A stretch of 64,000 bases of DNA from Methanobacteriota archaeon (GTDB lineage Archaea; Thermoplasmatota; Thermoplasmata; SG8-5; JAGLSY01): positions 1-64,000 of the forward strand of contig JAEHCO010000002.1 of the NCBI GenBank assembly GCA_020697715.1. The letters are read 5' to 3'. This document shows positions 48,727 through 58,293 of this stretch, piece by piece. The translations under genes were made by a program, and so were the position numbers. The notes under the pieces were generated by a model. The model ran no database searches. It was not told where the DNA came from and saw only the letters and a list, made by a program, of their open reading frames with translations. Within the stretch, counting starts at the first letter, position 1, and each line of letters begins with the position of its first letter.

Positions 48727-49749
48727 TCAATATCGGGTATATTCCAGACCAAGAGGCGGGCATATTACCCCGGCTCCCTCTACCACGGTCCCGACCACTT
48801 GCGCATCACAATCTGGCTTCAGGCTTTTTATGATATCATCTGCCTGGTCTGGAGATGCGATGATAGTGTAACCCATTCCCATATTGAAGGTCTGGTACAT
48901 CTCTTCAATGCTTATATTGCCCAGTTCGGCCAACAGATCGAATATCGGATTTGGCTTAATGGGGTCGGATATCTCGAATCCCACACCTTCTTTCAGGCGT
49001 ATGTAATTCCTTAATCCGCCGCCGGTGATGTTCGCCATCCCATGTATGTCGAATTCCTTGATGATCCTCATGATCTCACGAACATACATCTTCGTGGGCT
49101 CGAGTAATTCAAGACCGATACTTTGCTCCAGTCTTTCGAAATTCTCATCATAGGGTATCTGATTAACTTCCAGCACCTTTCTGGCAAGTGTCAATCCATT
49201 GCAATGCACACCTGTACTTTTCATGCCTATTATGACATCGCCTACGACGATGTCCTGTCCTGTGATTATCTCATCTCTTTTGACCCATCCAAGGCATGTG
49301 CCTCCAAAGTCGAAGGAATTCACCAGCTCGGGAACCACAGCGATCTCACCTCCAACTATGGATAGGTTCGCTTGCTTTGCTCCTGTTTCCAATCCAATAC
49401 CTAATTGGCGGCTTATCTCCTCTTCTGGCACGTCGATGGAAATGAAATCAACAAAAGATAGCGGCTCCGCGCCAAGGCAGATCATGTCATTGGCACTCAT
49501 GGCGATACAATCTATTCCCAGCGTGTCCCATTTTTGGCATTCATTGGCAACCAATAGCTTTGTTCCAACAGTGTCCGTCGATAGTGCAAGGGCATAGGGC
49601 CCGAATTCCACCAGGCCGGCATATCCGCCAGGCAATTTGATCTTCTTTCCAAATCCTTCTCTGTCATAGCCAAGGGTTTTGACCAGTGCTTCTATCGCAT
49701 CTGATTTCTTGTCTATGTCCACTCCGGCATCTGAGTAGGTGAGTTTCAT
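48727..49749 (-). CDS. purM: Phosphoribosylaminoimidazole synthetase
   Basis: TYSDAGVDI, TD.VGTK, GIDCIAM..ND, GGE.A, STGVH.NG, ITGGG, TFNMG.G. Confidence 0.96.
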   Translation of the reverse strand: MKLTYSDAGVDIDKKSDAIEALVKTLGYDREGFGKKIKLPGGYAGLVEFGPYALALSTDTVGTKLLVANECQKWDTLGIDCIAMSANDMICLGAEPLSFVDFISIDVPEEEISRQLGIGLETGAKQANLSIVGGEIAVVPELVNSFDFGGTCLGWVKRDEIITGQDIVVGDVIIGMKSTGVHCNGLTLARKVLEVNQIPYDENFERLEQSIGLELLEPTKMYVREIMRIIKEFDIHGMANITGGGLRNYIRLKEGVGFEISDPIKPNPIFDLLAELGNISIEEMYQTFNMGMGYTIIASPDQADDIIKSLKPDCDAQVVGTVVEGAGVICPPLGLEYTRY

Positions 49750-49884
49750 ATTATCAGACCCCTGATTACACTAACCGATAAATATATTTGTTTGTAGCCG
49801 TATGAGGATTTTAATTCATTTACTAAGTAAATGCGATATGATAGATCCTAAATTTCTTTGATATTTTATGAAAAATAATAGGAG

Positions 49885-49907
49885 CTAACACAGGTTTCCT
49901 GTGTTAG
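49885..49907. promoter_or_regulatory. Perfect 10-bp inverted repeat in a divergent promoter region
   Basis: CTAACACAGG-TTT-CCTGTGTTAG between purM and the 1696-aa gene. Confidence 0.5.
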
Positions 49908-50031
49908 AAATGTATTTTTTGCCAAGTAATTATATATAAGTTATTTATACAACTTACATATTGACGCATTTAGCATTGTTAATATTATGCTAATATTGCA
50001 ATTTGGGGATGGGACTCTATATCAGAGGTGA

Positions 50032-53000
50032 TTGGGGGAAATGGGAAGCAAAAAAGATGTAATCAATCAATTAACACAGGTTCCTGGCATTGGTCGAGCG
50101 AGAGCTCGGGTCATGTACGATAATGGGATCATGAGCCTGGACGATCTTAGATCCTTCACTGCTTCCGAACTTTCATCCAAGATCTCAAGTATTCCTATAG
50201 ATGCCGCAGAGGAAATTGTGAAATATATCAATGATCTTTTTTCAGATGAGCTGGATGAATTGGGTGAATTATCTGAAGCTGAAGAGGATTTCATATTCAG
50301 TGATACGGAAATAACTTCGATAGATGAAAACGCGATATCCGATCTTGAAGAAGATGTACTTGATGACATTCTTGGAGAGTTCATGGGGGATGATCTCGTT
50401 GAAGATACTGGCATTGACATAAGTGATGACCTGATCGACTCTCTTGATGAGATGATATTTGATGAGAGCGAGGAAAAACCAGACCATCCAATTGGACATG
50501 AAGATATCGATGATGTGATCCTGTCAGAGGAGACCGTGGTCTTCGATCTTGACGGTGATGATATAACCCTCATATTGGAAGAACTGGATGACATTACTGA
50601 TGAAGGTTTAGATGACCAATCGATAAGTGATGTGGATCTTGATCTTGAATCTGATGATAAACCTGATGATGCCCCAATAAGCGAAGGCGATCCAGATATT
50701 CTTCCTGTCAGTGATGATGCCGAGTCTGATGAGGATTATTACGGGGTCGATATCAGTGATGATCTAATGGGTGATCTTGATGATCTGATGGGCGACACAT
50801 CTTCGTCAGAACCCGATCGGGAGTCCGAAGATGTGACAGATGTCCCAGATGAAGAATTCTCAAGTCTCTCTCCTGTAGACGACATTGAAGAAGATGAACT
50901 GACCTCCATTCTGGATGACCTTGATGAATTCCAACTGGATGATGGTGATATCGGAGATGATGAACTATCATTCTCACTTGGCATGGATATCAGCGAGGAT
51001 CTGATAGATGCACTTGATGAGATGATCGAGCCATCTTCAACTGATGAACAAGTTGAAGAGATCGACCCTGCCCCCTCCTCCCCAGATGATGACATATATT
51101 TGATGAAGCCAACCATCTTGGATGAAGAAAGTGATGAGCTGGTAGACCTGCTTGATGACCTGTCTTTAGATTCCCTTGATGAGGATGCACTTGAAGATCA
51201 GGAAGTTCCGATAGATCATATCGTGGAGGCTGATCTTGCAGATGAAGAATTACTGGATATCAGTGATGAGATCTTCAGTGATCTTGATGACCTGTTGAGT
51301 GGTGATGCTCTTGACGATGACGACGATGATGATGACTGGGATCTCGGAACTATTGGAGGGGATTCTGATCCAGGGTTCGATATTACGGAAGATGAAGATA
51401 CCATAGAGGATCTTGAATTGAGTTCCAGTGTGGACGATACTCTTGAAGACGATTTCCAGATATCCGCACCTATTATCACCCATGTGGATGATATTGAAGA
51501 TCTCGATGATGATCTCGCCAAAGACCTTGAAGATCTAAGTGAAGAACTGACCGCGTTCTCAGATCAAGAAGAAGAGCCCAATATCTGCGAACAATGCGGC
51601 GAGACCATTTATGATGATGTGTCCAAATGCCCCTCTTGCCATGATAAGGTCAAAGAAGAGAAAGGCCTGATCAATAGAGGCTTTGTACACGGGGCGATGA
51701 GTGGCCGTGGTCGTGTAACTGGCCTGGTGAATGGCATTGACAAGGTGGAAGGCCGTATCAATGGTATGATCAATGGTACTGGCAAGATCAATGGTATGAT
51801 CAATGGTGTCGGTAGCATCAGTGGAAAGGTCAATGGTCTGGAAGATGGAAAGGCCAGGATAACTGGCAAGATCAATGGAGTAAGAGAATTCGATGGATAT
51901 GTGAACGGCCTTACAAATGGAAAAGGCCGTGTCAATGGCATGGTCAATGGAATGATCAATGGCATGGTCAATGGTCGTGTCAATGGTCTTACAAATGGTA
52001 GGAGGACTGGCCGCGTCAATGGTATGGTCAATGGACAGGGTCGTGTTTACACCACATTCCAGCCAACCATGCCCGAGGTCGGCGTCCCTTCAATAGGTTA
52101 TCCACGAGAGGTCAAGCGAAGGCAATTGCTCAAGAAACTCGTTCTTATGGCATCTGTGATAATGTTGATCTCCACTCTACTGGGGGTGACGTACGACCCT
52201 GCAGGAACCCAGGATGTATTAGATATCCAAATAGATGGAGATTTCGCAGACTGGGATGATTATCAGATAATGACATTCGAAGCAGAGGAAGCGGATTTCA
52301 ATCCCAATGTGGACATTGTCCGATGTGGTGCCGAGGATAATGGAGAAATGTACCTGGCACTGTATCTCGGGGTCAGTGGAAACATGATGGGTGGTGAACC
52401 TGTAGCTTCAAGTGCCCTTCAGGACACGTTCTACATATTCATTGACAGCGACAATAGCGATTCAACAGGCTATAAGATATCTGGCATGGGGGCTGATCAT
52501 ATGCTCATGGTCTCTGGATGGAGTGGAAGAGTATTGTCTTCGGTCCTTCATGACTATGTGCCCCTGAATGATGACCAGTCTCTGGATGATGGTCTGAATT
52601 GGAATTATTTCAGACCCGGCCCTACCATTTATTCTGGTGTGAATGCTGATGAACTGGAAGTGCAGATCGGCTGGGAGCTCTTTGGACTTTATGAACCAGC
52701 TCCTGTGGATATACTGATAACCTCACGCAGTTGGGATGGGTACGAGGACAGTGTGGATCATATAATGAGCATAGAAAAGAGCGCTCTGAAGCTCACCCAG
52801 CAGGGTACAGCACCCGTGACAATAGTGTCCTCAAGCCAACATTTCCTTCAATTGGATGCAATGTCCTTCGGAGGAGACTCCCATACAATAGAGAGCATGA
52901 CGGTGGAACTCGAAGGTACTATGCCTTTGGGAGATGTTCAGAGATGCTTCATTGCCGATGGGAACGGCAATGTCCTATTCGAGACCACGGACATCCAGAA

Positions 53001-55122
53001 TGGAAGGGCAACTATCTCGATGAACCATCAGGTGACAGGAGTCCAAACACTCTATGTAGGAGCGGATATTAGCCTATCCGCCCATCCGGGCAGCACATTG
53101 AGATTGAGACTCGATGATGCTTCCAGTATCCCCGTGAACAGTGGGACCATGACATTGGACACAGACCCTTCAGTATTCTCATATTCCTATATCTGGGTAT
53201 CACCATCCCAGATAACAATGGATGGTGGTTTTTCAGACTGGCATGATGTAGGTGCTGATGCGAATGACGATGCAAGCACAAATGGAAATAATGACATCGA
53301 TGTCAGGAACTTCGCCGCGGCCTATGATGGTAGCCAGCTCGCGGTGTTCATCGATGTGGATGGCCAAATGCTTGGAGGCGAGACCATACCTCATATGAAC
53401 TATGCCCTTGCCAATGTCCCTGACCCCGGGAGCCCGCCAGTTGCTATCATCGTGGACTCGGATCGTGATGGTATACCCGATAGGAATGAATCTGGCTATG
53501 AATTTGATTTTGATAATGACGGTGTCCAAGATTCCTTGGATGATGATGATGATAATGACGGATTAACCGACTATAACAATGGCGGAACAGATGTATGGCT
53601 GAACAATACCATAACCAAGGCATCGGTATATATTGGTCCTCAAGAGGGCACTCTACCAAGGACAACTGGTGATGATGTCACGGAGATATTCATCGATTCG
53701 GATAATGATACAGGTACGGGAATGTCCATTGGTGGTATTGGAGCGGACTGGCTGATGCAAATATCTGGTAAGAACTGCCTTATCACCAATAATTCATTAT
53801 ATGTCTGGATGGAAGCTGCCAATAGGTGGTCCTATTCCCCATCCGACCTTGGTAGCGCGTATATAGATTCAACAAATATGGAATTGTCCATGGATCTTAA
53901 CACGTCCGCTGATATCAGATTGTATTTCAGAACATCGGATTGGTCAGATGGGCACGATACTCCAGATACATATTTTGATACTACAACGCAGAGCATACTT
54001 GGTACGAGAGGAGGCCCTGAATCACCTATTACCTTCGCGACCTGGGATATAGACACTATAGATGGTACCGCATCAGGAGATAATGTTGGTGAATACTGCT
54101 CAGTCGTTCTGGATTCCAGTGGATACCCGCACATCAGCTACTATAACTATACCTCAATGTCCAATGGCGACCTCAAATACGCAAAATGGACAGGAAGTGC
54201 CTGGACCATAGAGACAGTGGACAGCATGAACGATGTCGGCACGTACACTTCCATAGCACTTGATGGAAGTGGCAACCCTCACATTAGCTACTACAATGTG
54301 TCCAGTGGTGATCTGAAACATGCGAAAAGGATCAGCGGATCATGGACCAATGAGACGGTCGATGGGTCAGCTGGTGACAATGTAGGCACTTTCTCCTCGA
54401 TCGGCATTGACAGCAGTGGCAATATCCACATCAGCTATTACAACCAATCTGGTGGTGATCTGAAATATGCCAAGTATTCTGGTAGCAGCTGGAGCATCCA
54501 GACCCTTGATAAGATGAGCAATGTGGGAAAATACACATCACTTGAATTGGATGGAAGTGGCTATCCTCACATCAGCTATTATAATGTGACTGGCCAGGAT
54601 CTCATGTATGCCAAATACAGTGGAAGTGCCTGGAGCAATGAAACTGTGGATTCAGGAACTGAAATGGGCATGTTCTCTTCACTGGCCCTAGATTCCAATG
54701 GTTATGCTCACATAAGCTACATCGGGGATGTCTCATTGAAATATGCCAAGTGGACTGGCAGTAGCTGGAGCATTGCCACCGTGGACAGCGCCTCTATCTG
54801 GCCCCTATATTCGAGCATAGCCCTGGATTCTGATGAATATCCTCATATCGCCTATTCAGACACTGCGATGATGAATTTGAAATATGCTGTGTGGGATGGA
54901 AGCTCATGGAGTACGGAGAACGTAGAATCTGCAATGACGATGACAGAATCGATATTCATTGTCATCGACTCCAGTGACAGCCCAGTAATATATTATGTGG
55001 ATGAATCCGGAGGCTATCTCAAAGAGGCTGAGATATTGAATGCTCCGGAATTCCATTCGATAATACCCATTCTGGTCATGTTATGTGTTCCATTGATACT
55101 GAGAAAAAAGAATATCATTTGA
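50032..55122 (+). CDS. Giant multidomain membrane protein: HhH, acidic region, zinc ribbon, xxNG repeats, TM, extracellular beta domains, beta-propeller, PEF-CTERM-like tail
   Basis: LTQVPGIGRARA; D/E-rich region ~aa 65-515; CEQC..CPSC; 17 xxNG units; TM after KRRQ; IDGDFADW and MDGGFSDW; SIALD..G.PHISYY repeats; PEF + TM + RKK. Start 50032 (TTG) or 50041 (ATG). Confidence 0.85.
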   Translation: MGEMGSKKDVINQLTQVPGIGRARARVMYDNGIMSLDDLRSFTASELSSKISSIPIDAAEEIVKYINDLFSDELDELGELSEAEEDFIFSDTEITSIDENAISDLEEDVLDDILGEFMGDDLVEDTGIDISDDLIDSLDEMIFDESEEKPDHPIGHEDIDDVILSEETVVFDLDGDDITLILEELDDITDEGLDDQSISDVDLDLESDDKPDDAPISEGDPDILPVSDDAESDEDYYGVDISDDLMGDLDDLMGDTSSSEPDRESEDVTDVPDEEFSSLSPVDDIEEDELTSILDDLDEFQLDDGDIGDDELSFSLGMDISEDLIDALDEMIEPSSTDEQVEEIDPAPSSPDDDIYLMKPTILDEESDELVDLLDDLSLDSLDEDALEDQEVPIDHIVEADLADEELLDISDEIFSDLDDLLSGDALDDDDDDDDWDLGTIGGDSDPGFDITEDEDTIEDLELSSSVDDTLEDDFQISAPIITHVDDIEDLDDDLAKDLEDLSEELTAFSDQEEEPNICEQCGETIYDDVSKCPSCHDKVKEEKGLINRGFVHGAMSGRGRVTGLVNGIDKVEGRINGMINGTGKINGMINGVGSISGKVNGLEDGKARITGKINGVREFDGYVNGLTNGKGRVNGMVNGMINGMVNGRVNGLTNGRRTGRVNGMVNGQGRVYTTFQPTMPEVGVPSIGYPREVKRRQLLKKLVLMASVIMLISTLLGVTYDPAGTQDVLDIQIDGDFADWDDYQIMTFEAEEADFNPNVDIVRCGAEDNGEMYLALYLGVSGNMMGGEPVASSALQDTFYIFIDSDNSDSTGYKISGMGADHMLMVSGWSGRVLSSVLHDYVPLNDDQSLDDGLNWNYFRPGPTIYSGVNADELEVQIGWELFGLYEPAPVDILITSRSWDGYEDSVDHIMSIEKSALKLTQQGTAPVTIVSSSQHFLQLDAMSFGGDSHTIESMTVELEGTMPLGDVQRCFIADGNGNVLFETTDIQNGRATISMNHQVTGVQTLYVGADISLSAHPGSTLRLRLDDASSIPVNSGTMTLDTDPSVFSYSYIWVSPSQITMDGGFSDWHDVGADANDDASTNGNNDIDVRNFAAAYDGSQLAVFIDVDGQMLGGETIPHMNYALANVPDPGSPPVAIIVDSDRDGIPDRNESGYEFDFDNDGVQDSLDDDDDNDGLTDYNNGGTDVWLNNTITKASVYIGPQEGTLPRTTGDDVTEIFIDSDNDTGTGMSIGGIGADWLMQISGKNCLITNNSLYVWMEAANRWSYSPSDLGSAYIDSTNMELSMDLNTSADIRLYFRTSDWSDGHDTPDTYFDTTTQSILGTRGGPESPITFATWDIDTIDGTASGDNVGEYCSVVLDSSGYPHISYYNYTSMSNGDLKYAKWTGSAWTIETVDSMNDVGTYTSIALDGSGNPHISYYNVSSGDLKHAKRISGSWTNETVDGSAGDNVGTFSSIGIDSSGNIHISYYNQSGGDLKYAKYSGSSWSIQTLDKMSNVGKYTSLELDGSGYPHISYYNVTGQDLMYAKYSGSAWSNETVDSGTEMGMFSSLALDSNGYAHISYIGDVSLKYAKWTGSSWSIATVDSASIWPLYSSIALDSDEYPHIAYSDTAMMNLKYAVWDGSSWSTENVESAMTMTESIFIVIDSSDSPVIYYVDESGGYLKEAEILNAPEFHSIIPILVMLCVPLILRKKNII

Positions 55123-55217
55123 ACGCATTTGAATGATTAATTATAATGATTTAATAGTATCAATTATTTATTATTCTATTTTATTATTCTATTATATATG
55201 GATAATATCTATTCTTT

Positions 55218-55263
55218 ATAATATAGTATAATATAGTATAATATAGCATAATATAGCATAATA
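55218..55263. repeat. 10-bp tandem repeat (ATAATATAGY) x4.5
   Basis: ATAATATAGT x2, ATAATATAGC x2, then ATAATA. Confidence 0.85.
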
Positions 55264-55321
55264 AAGACATTATCATGAATATTAACAGAATCATATTTGT
55301 ATCATATTCATATACTGTAGC

Positions 55322-55909
55322 ATGGACCTCACAAAAAAGAATGGTCACATAGCCAGAAGAGTATTCCACTTATTTGCTCCTTTTGTCTTTATTTATTATC
55401 TATTTCCCGAGGATTTCTTTGGCTTTGGGAGGCAGAATATCCTCATCATTGTATTTGTTCTTATAATGATCCACGAGGCCAACCGTCTCAGGAGAAAAAA
55501 AGTATATTTCGGCATGAGGGAATATGAAGCAAACCAATTGTCTGCTTATGGATGGGCTTCCATAGGCGTCTTCATCGCCTTCATGTTCTTCCCATTGCTC
55601 TTTGTGATCCCCGCAATAACAGGTATTGGCTGGACCGATCCTCTTATTGGTGAGATGAAAAGACGGAATATGAAAGGCTACCCATATATTCCGCTACTTG
55701 TTTACTTCCTCATCACTTTCTTCAGCTTTCTGCTTTTCTCCGAGCCTCTTGGATATGATATGGCCGTATCTACGATGGCGCTTCTCGCCATCGTCGGAGC
55801 TATTGTGGCTATAGCTGTGGAGAAGCCCAGTGTGAAATATGTGGATGATGATTTTCTCATGATGGTGGTTCCATTGTTCGTCATATATTTCCTTTATCTG
55901 GTCATCTGA
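55322..55909 (+). CDS. Dolichol/phytol kinase-cytidylyltransferase family membrane protein
   Basis: RR.FH, E..RL, R.YE, DP..G, E....DDDF motifs across multiple TMs. Confidence 0.7.
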   Translation: MDLTKKNGHIARRVFHLFAPFVFIYYLFPEDFFGFGRQNILIIVFVLIMIHEANRLRRKKVYFGMREYEANQLSAYGWASIGVFIAFMFFPLLFVIPAITGIGWTDPLIGEMKRRNMKGYPYIPLLVYFLITFFSFLLFSEPLGYDMAVSTMALLAIVGAIVAIAVEKPSVKYVDDDFLMMVVPLFVIYFLYLVI

Positions 55910-56007
55910 GATATCATGATATTATAATGAGAGATATTGATCAATTTTGTGTGAAAATAGAGAAACCTTTATAGGACATAATCATATTATCTGTAATAGG
56001 TGAATAC

Positions 56008-56241
56008 ATGGCTGTAGGTTTTGTTCTAATATCCACGGCTCCAGCAAAGGAGCATGAAGTGTACAATGAACTAGTAAAGGTCAAAGAGATAGTCGAACTC
56101 CATCCTTTATTTGGAGAATACGATCTCATTGCCAAGATCCAAGCAGATGATTTCAATGTGCTTGGCCAGGTTGTTGTAGATAGGATAAGGAGCATCCCAG
56201 GAGTCATTGACACCAAGACATTAACCGGAATTAAATTCTGA
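56008..56241 (+). CDS. Stand-alone Lrp/AsnC ligand-binding (RAM) domain protein
   Basis: GFVLI, FGEYDLIAKI, IRSIPGVIDTKTL. Confidence 0.9.
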   Translation: MAVGFVLISTAPAKEHEVYNELVKVKEIVELHPLFGEYDLIAKIQADDFNVLGQVVVDRIRSIPGVIDTKTLTGIKF

Positions 56242-56251
56242 GGTGAATGGG

Positions 56252-56575
56252 ATGGATATCAATTTAGAGCAGTTCGCGACAGTATTCATGTTGACATTTG
56301 CATTGTTTCTTGCAGTTGCAGGTGTTTTCACGAGCTATTTTGGAAGTGGAAAGAGCAGGAAAATAGGCTTCGGACTTATGATCGGCGGTCTTGTACTTGG
56401 AATTCTATGGGTTATTTTGACATCATGGAATCCGATAATTGAGGGTGCGCCCATGGTCGATATTGGAATGAGCCTCCAGGACTTGATAACACAGTCTATT
56501 CTTGTGATCGCTGCAGCGGCCATCGGTGCCCTGGCAGCTGTTGGAATATTCTTACTTTCCATCATGAAATCCTAG
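56252..56575 (+). CDS. Small 3-TM membrane protein
   Basis: GVFTSYFGSGKSRKIG, ending GIFLLSIMKS; GAGGTGA RBS. Confidence 0.75.
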   Translation: MDINLEQFATVFMLTFALFLAVAGVFTSYFGSGKSRKIGFGLMIGGLVLGILWVILTSWNPIIEGAPMVDIGMSLQDLITQSILVIAAAAIGALAAVGIFLLSIMKS

Positions 56576-56769
56576 TTGAGCTGGATGTTCCAGTTGCCGG
56601 GATTTATTTGATATTTGTAGAAGCATAGCTTAAGATATAGCTCTGCTTTTATCATTTCAATTTCTATCAACTCCTATCAATTAAATAAGTGCATTTTCTT
56701 CATATTGCTCATATTGTTCAGATAATTCAAACCCAACATTTATCATATTCCTATCATTTCACCCTCTCA

Positions 56770-57240
56770 ATGACAGTAGATGTTATGATAATAATGGGCA
56801 GCAAGAGTGACGAGCCAGTGGGTAAGAAGGCCACTGCCGTCCTGAAGGATCTGGGTATTCCCCATAAACTCACTGTGGCTTCAGCCCACAGAACACCGAA
56901 ATTGGTGGCAGACCTTGTGGAGAACACAGAAGCGAAGGTCTTCATAACCATCGCGGGATTGGCGGCCGCATTGCCAGGTGCTGTGGCGGCTCATACTATT
57001 AAGCCGGTCATCGGAGTGCCTGTAAGTGGCAAGGTGAACCTCGATTCCATATTAGCTATAGTACAAATGCCTCCAGGAATTCCTGTTGGCGGAGTTGGAC
57101 TTGACCGCGGGGACAATGCGGCTTTACTGGCTGCGGAGATACTCGCATTATCCGATCCTGAATTGGCGCAAAAGCTGAAGGACCACCGTACCGCGCAAGA
57201 GAAGAAAGTAAGGTCCGATGCACAATCATACGAGGAGTAG
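56770..57240 (+). CDS. purE: N5-carboxyaminoimidazole ribonucleotide mutase
   Basis: IMGSKSD, SAHRTP, AGLAAALPG, PVIGVP, QMPPGIPV. Confidence 0.96.
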   Translation: MTVDVMIIMGSKSDEPVGKKATAVLKDLGIPHKLTVASAHRTPKLVADLVENTEAKVFITIAGLAAALPGAVAAHTIKPVIGVPVSGKVNLDSILAIVQMPPGIPVGGVGLDRGDNAALLAAEILALSDPELAQKLKDHRTAQEKKVRSDAQSYEE

Positions 57241-58194
57241 ATGTATATGTTCGACCCGGAGAAGTTCGTCAATGAATCAATAGAAAAGCTGAAGGCCGAG
57301 ATCGATGGCACTGCCATTATCGCCTGCTCTGGTGGTGTGGACAGCACCGTGGCCGCGGTACTTGTTGCGCGGGCCATTGGTGATCGATTATATGGTGTGC
57401 ATGTTGACACTGGCTACATGAGGAAGAATGAATCCAAAGAAGTCGCTGAACTTCTGCGCAACATGGGAGTCAACCTTCAAGTGGACGAAGCAGCCGAGGA
57501 ATTTTCCAAAGAATTGAAGGGCGCTGTCGAGCCAGAGGCCAAAAGGAAGGCTATTGGTCACACTTTCATTCGCATATTTGATAGATATGCGAAGGACATC
57601 GAAGCCAAATACTTGGTACAGGGAACCATCGCACCGGACTGGATAGAGAGCGGCGGCGACCTTCGGGATGTTATAAAATCCCATCACAATGTCGGCGCAT
57701 TGCCGGATGATATGGACCTGAAGCTCGTGGAGCCGCTCAGGGATCTTTACAAGGACGAGGTAAGAAAGCTGGGGCGATACCTCGGCATATCGATAGCGGA
57801 GAAACAGCCATTCCCAGGACCTGGTCTCGCGATAAGGATAATCGGTGAGCCCACGCTTGAAAAGGCGGATATCGTCAGGGAAGCGTGCTTTATCGTGGAG
57901 GAGGAACTCGAGTTGGCAGCAAGCGAGGGTAAGATGGAATTGCCATGGCAGTATTTTGCAGTTCTGACGCCTGTCCAGACAGTTGGAGTTCAGGGCGATG
58001 TTCGAGCCTATGGTTACACGGTTTGTGTCAGGGCGGTCCAATCAATAGACGGCATGACGGCCGCGTACTCCAAGATACCTCATGAGGTGCTGGAGAAGAT
58101 ATCCATCAGGATCACGAATTCAATGCCAGGCAAGATAAACCGCGTTGTTTATGATATTACGAACAAGCCACCTGGAACCATCGAGTGGGAATAG
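57241..58194 (+). CDS. guaAB: GMP synthase subunit B
   Basis: SGGVDS, QGTIAPD.IES, IKSHHNVG, PFPGPGL, KPPGTIEWE. Confidence 0.96.
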   Translation: MYMFDPEKFVNESIEKLKAEIDGTAIIACSGGVDSTVAAVLVARAIGDRLYGVHVDTGYMRKNESKEVAELLRNMGVNLQVDEAAEEFSKELKGAVEPEAKRKAIGHTFIRIFDRYAKDIEAKYLVQGTIAPDWIESGGDLRDVIKSHHNVGALPDDMDLKLVEPLRDLYKDEVRKLGRYLGISIAEKQPFPGPGLAIRIIGEPTLEKADIVREACFIVEEELELAASEGKMELPWQYFAVLTPVQTVGVQGDVRAYGYTVCVRAVQSIDGMTAAYSKIPHEVLEKISIRITNSMPGKINRVVYDITNKPPGTIEWE

Positions 58195-58293
58195 ACAATA
58201 CCTATCCGACCTCCCAAAATTTAATTACGCGGTCTTCCATCCCATCCAGAGGGTGACCTTCAGAGGGTTCTCCTTCCTTGAGAGGATGAGCAT

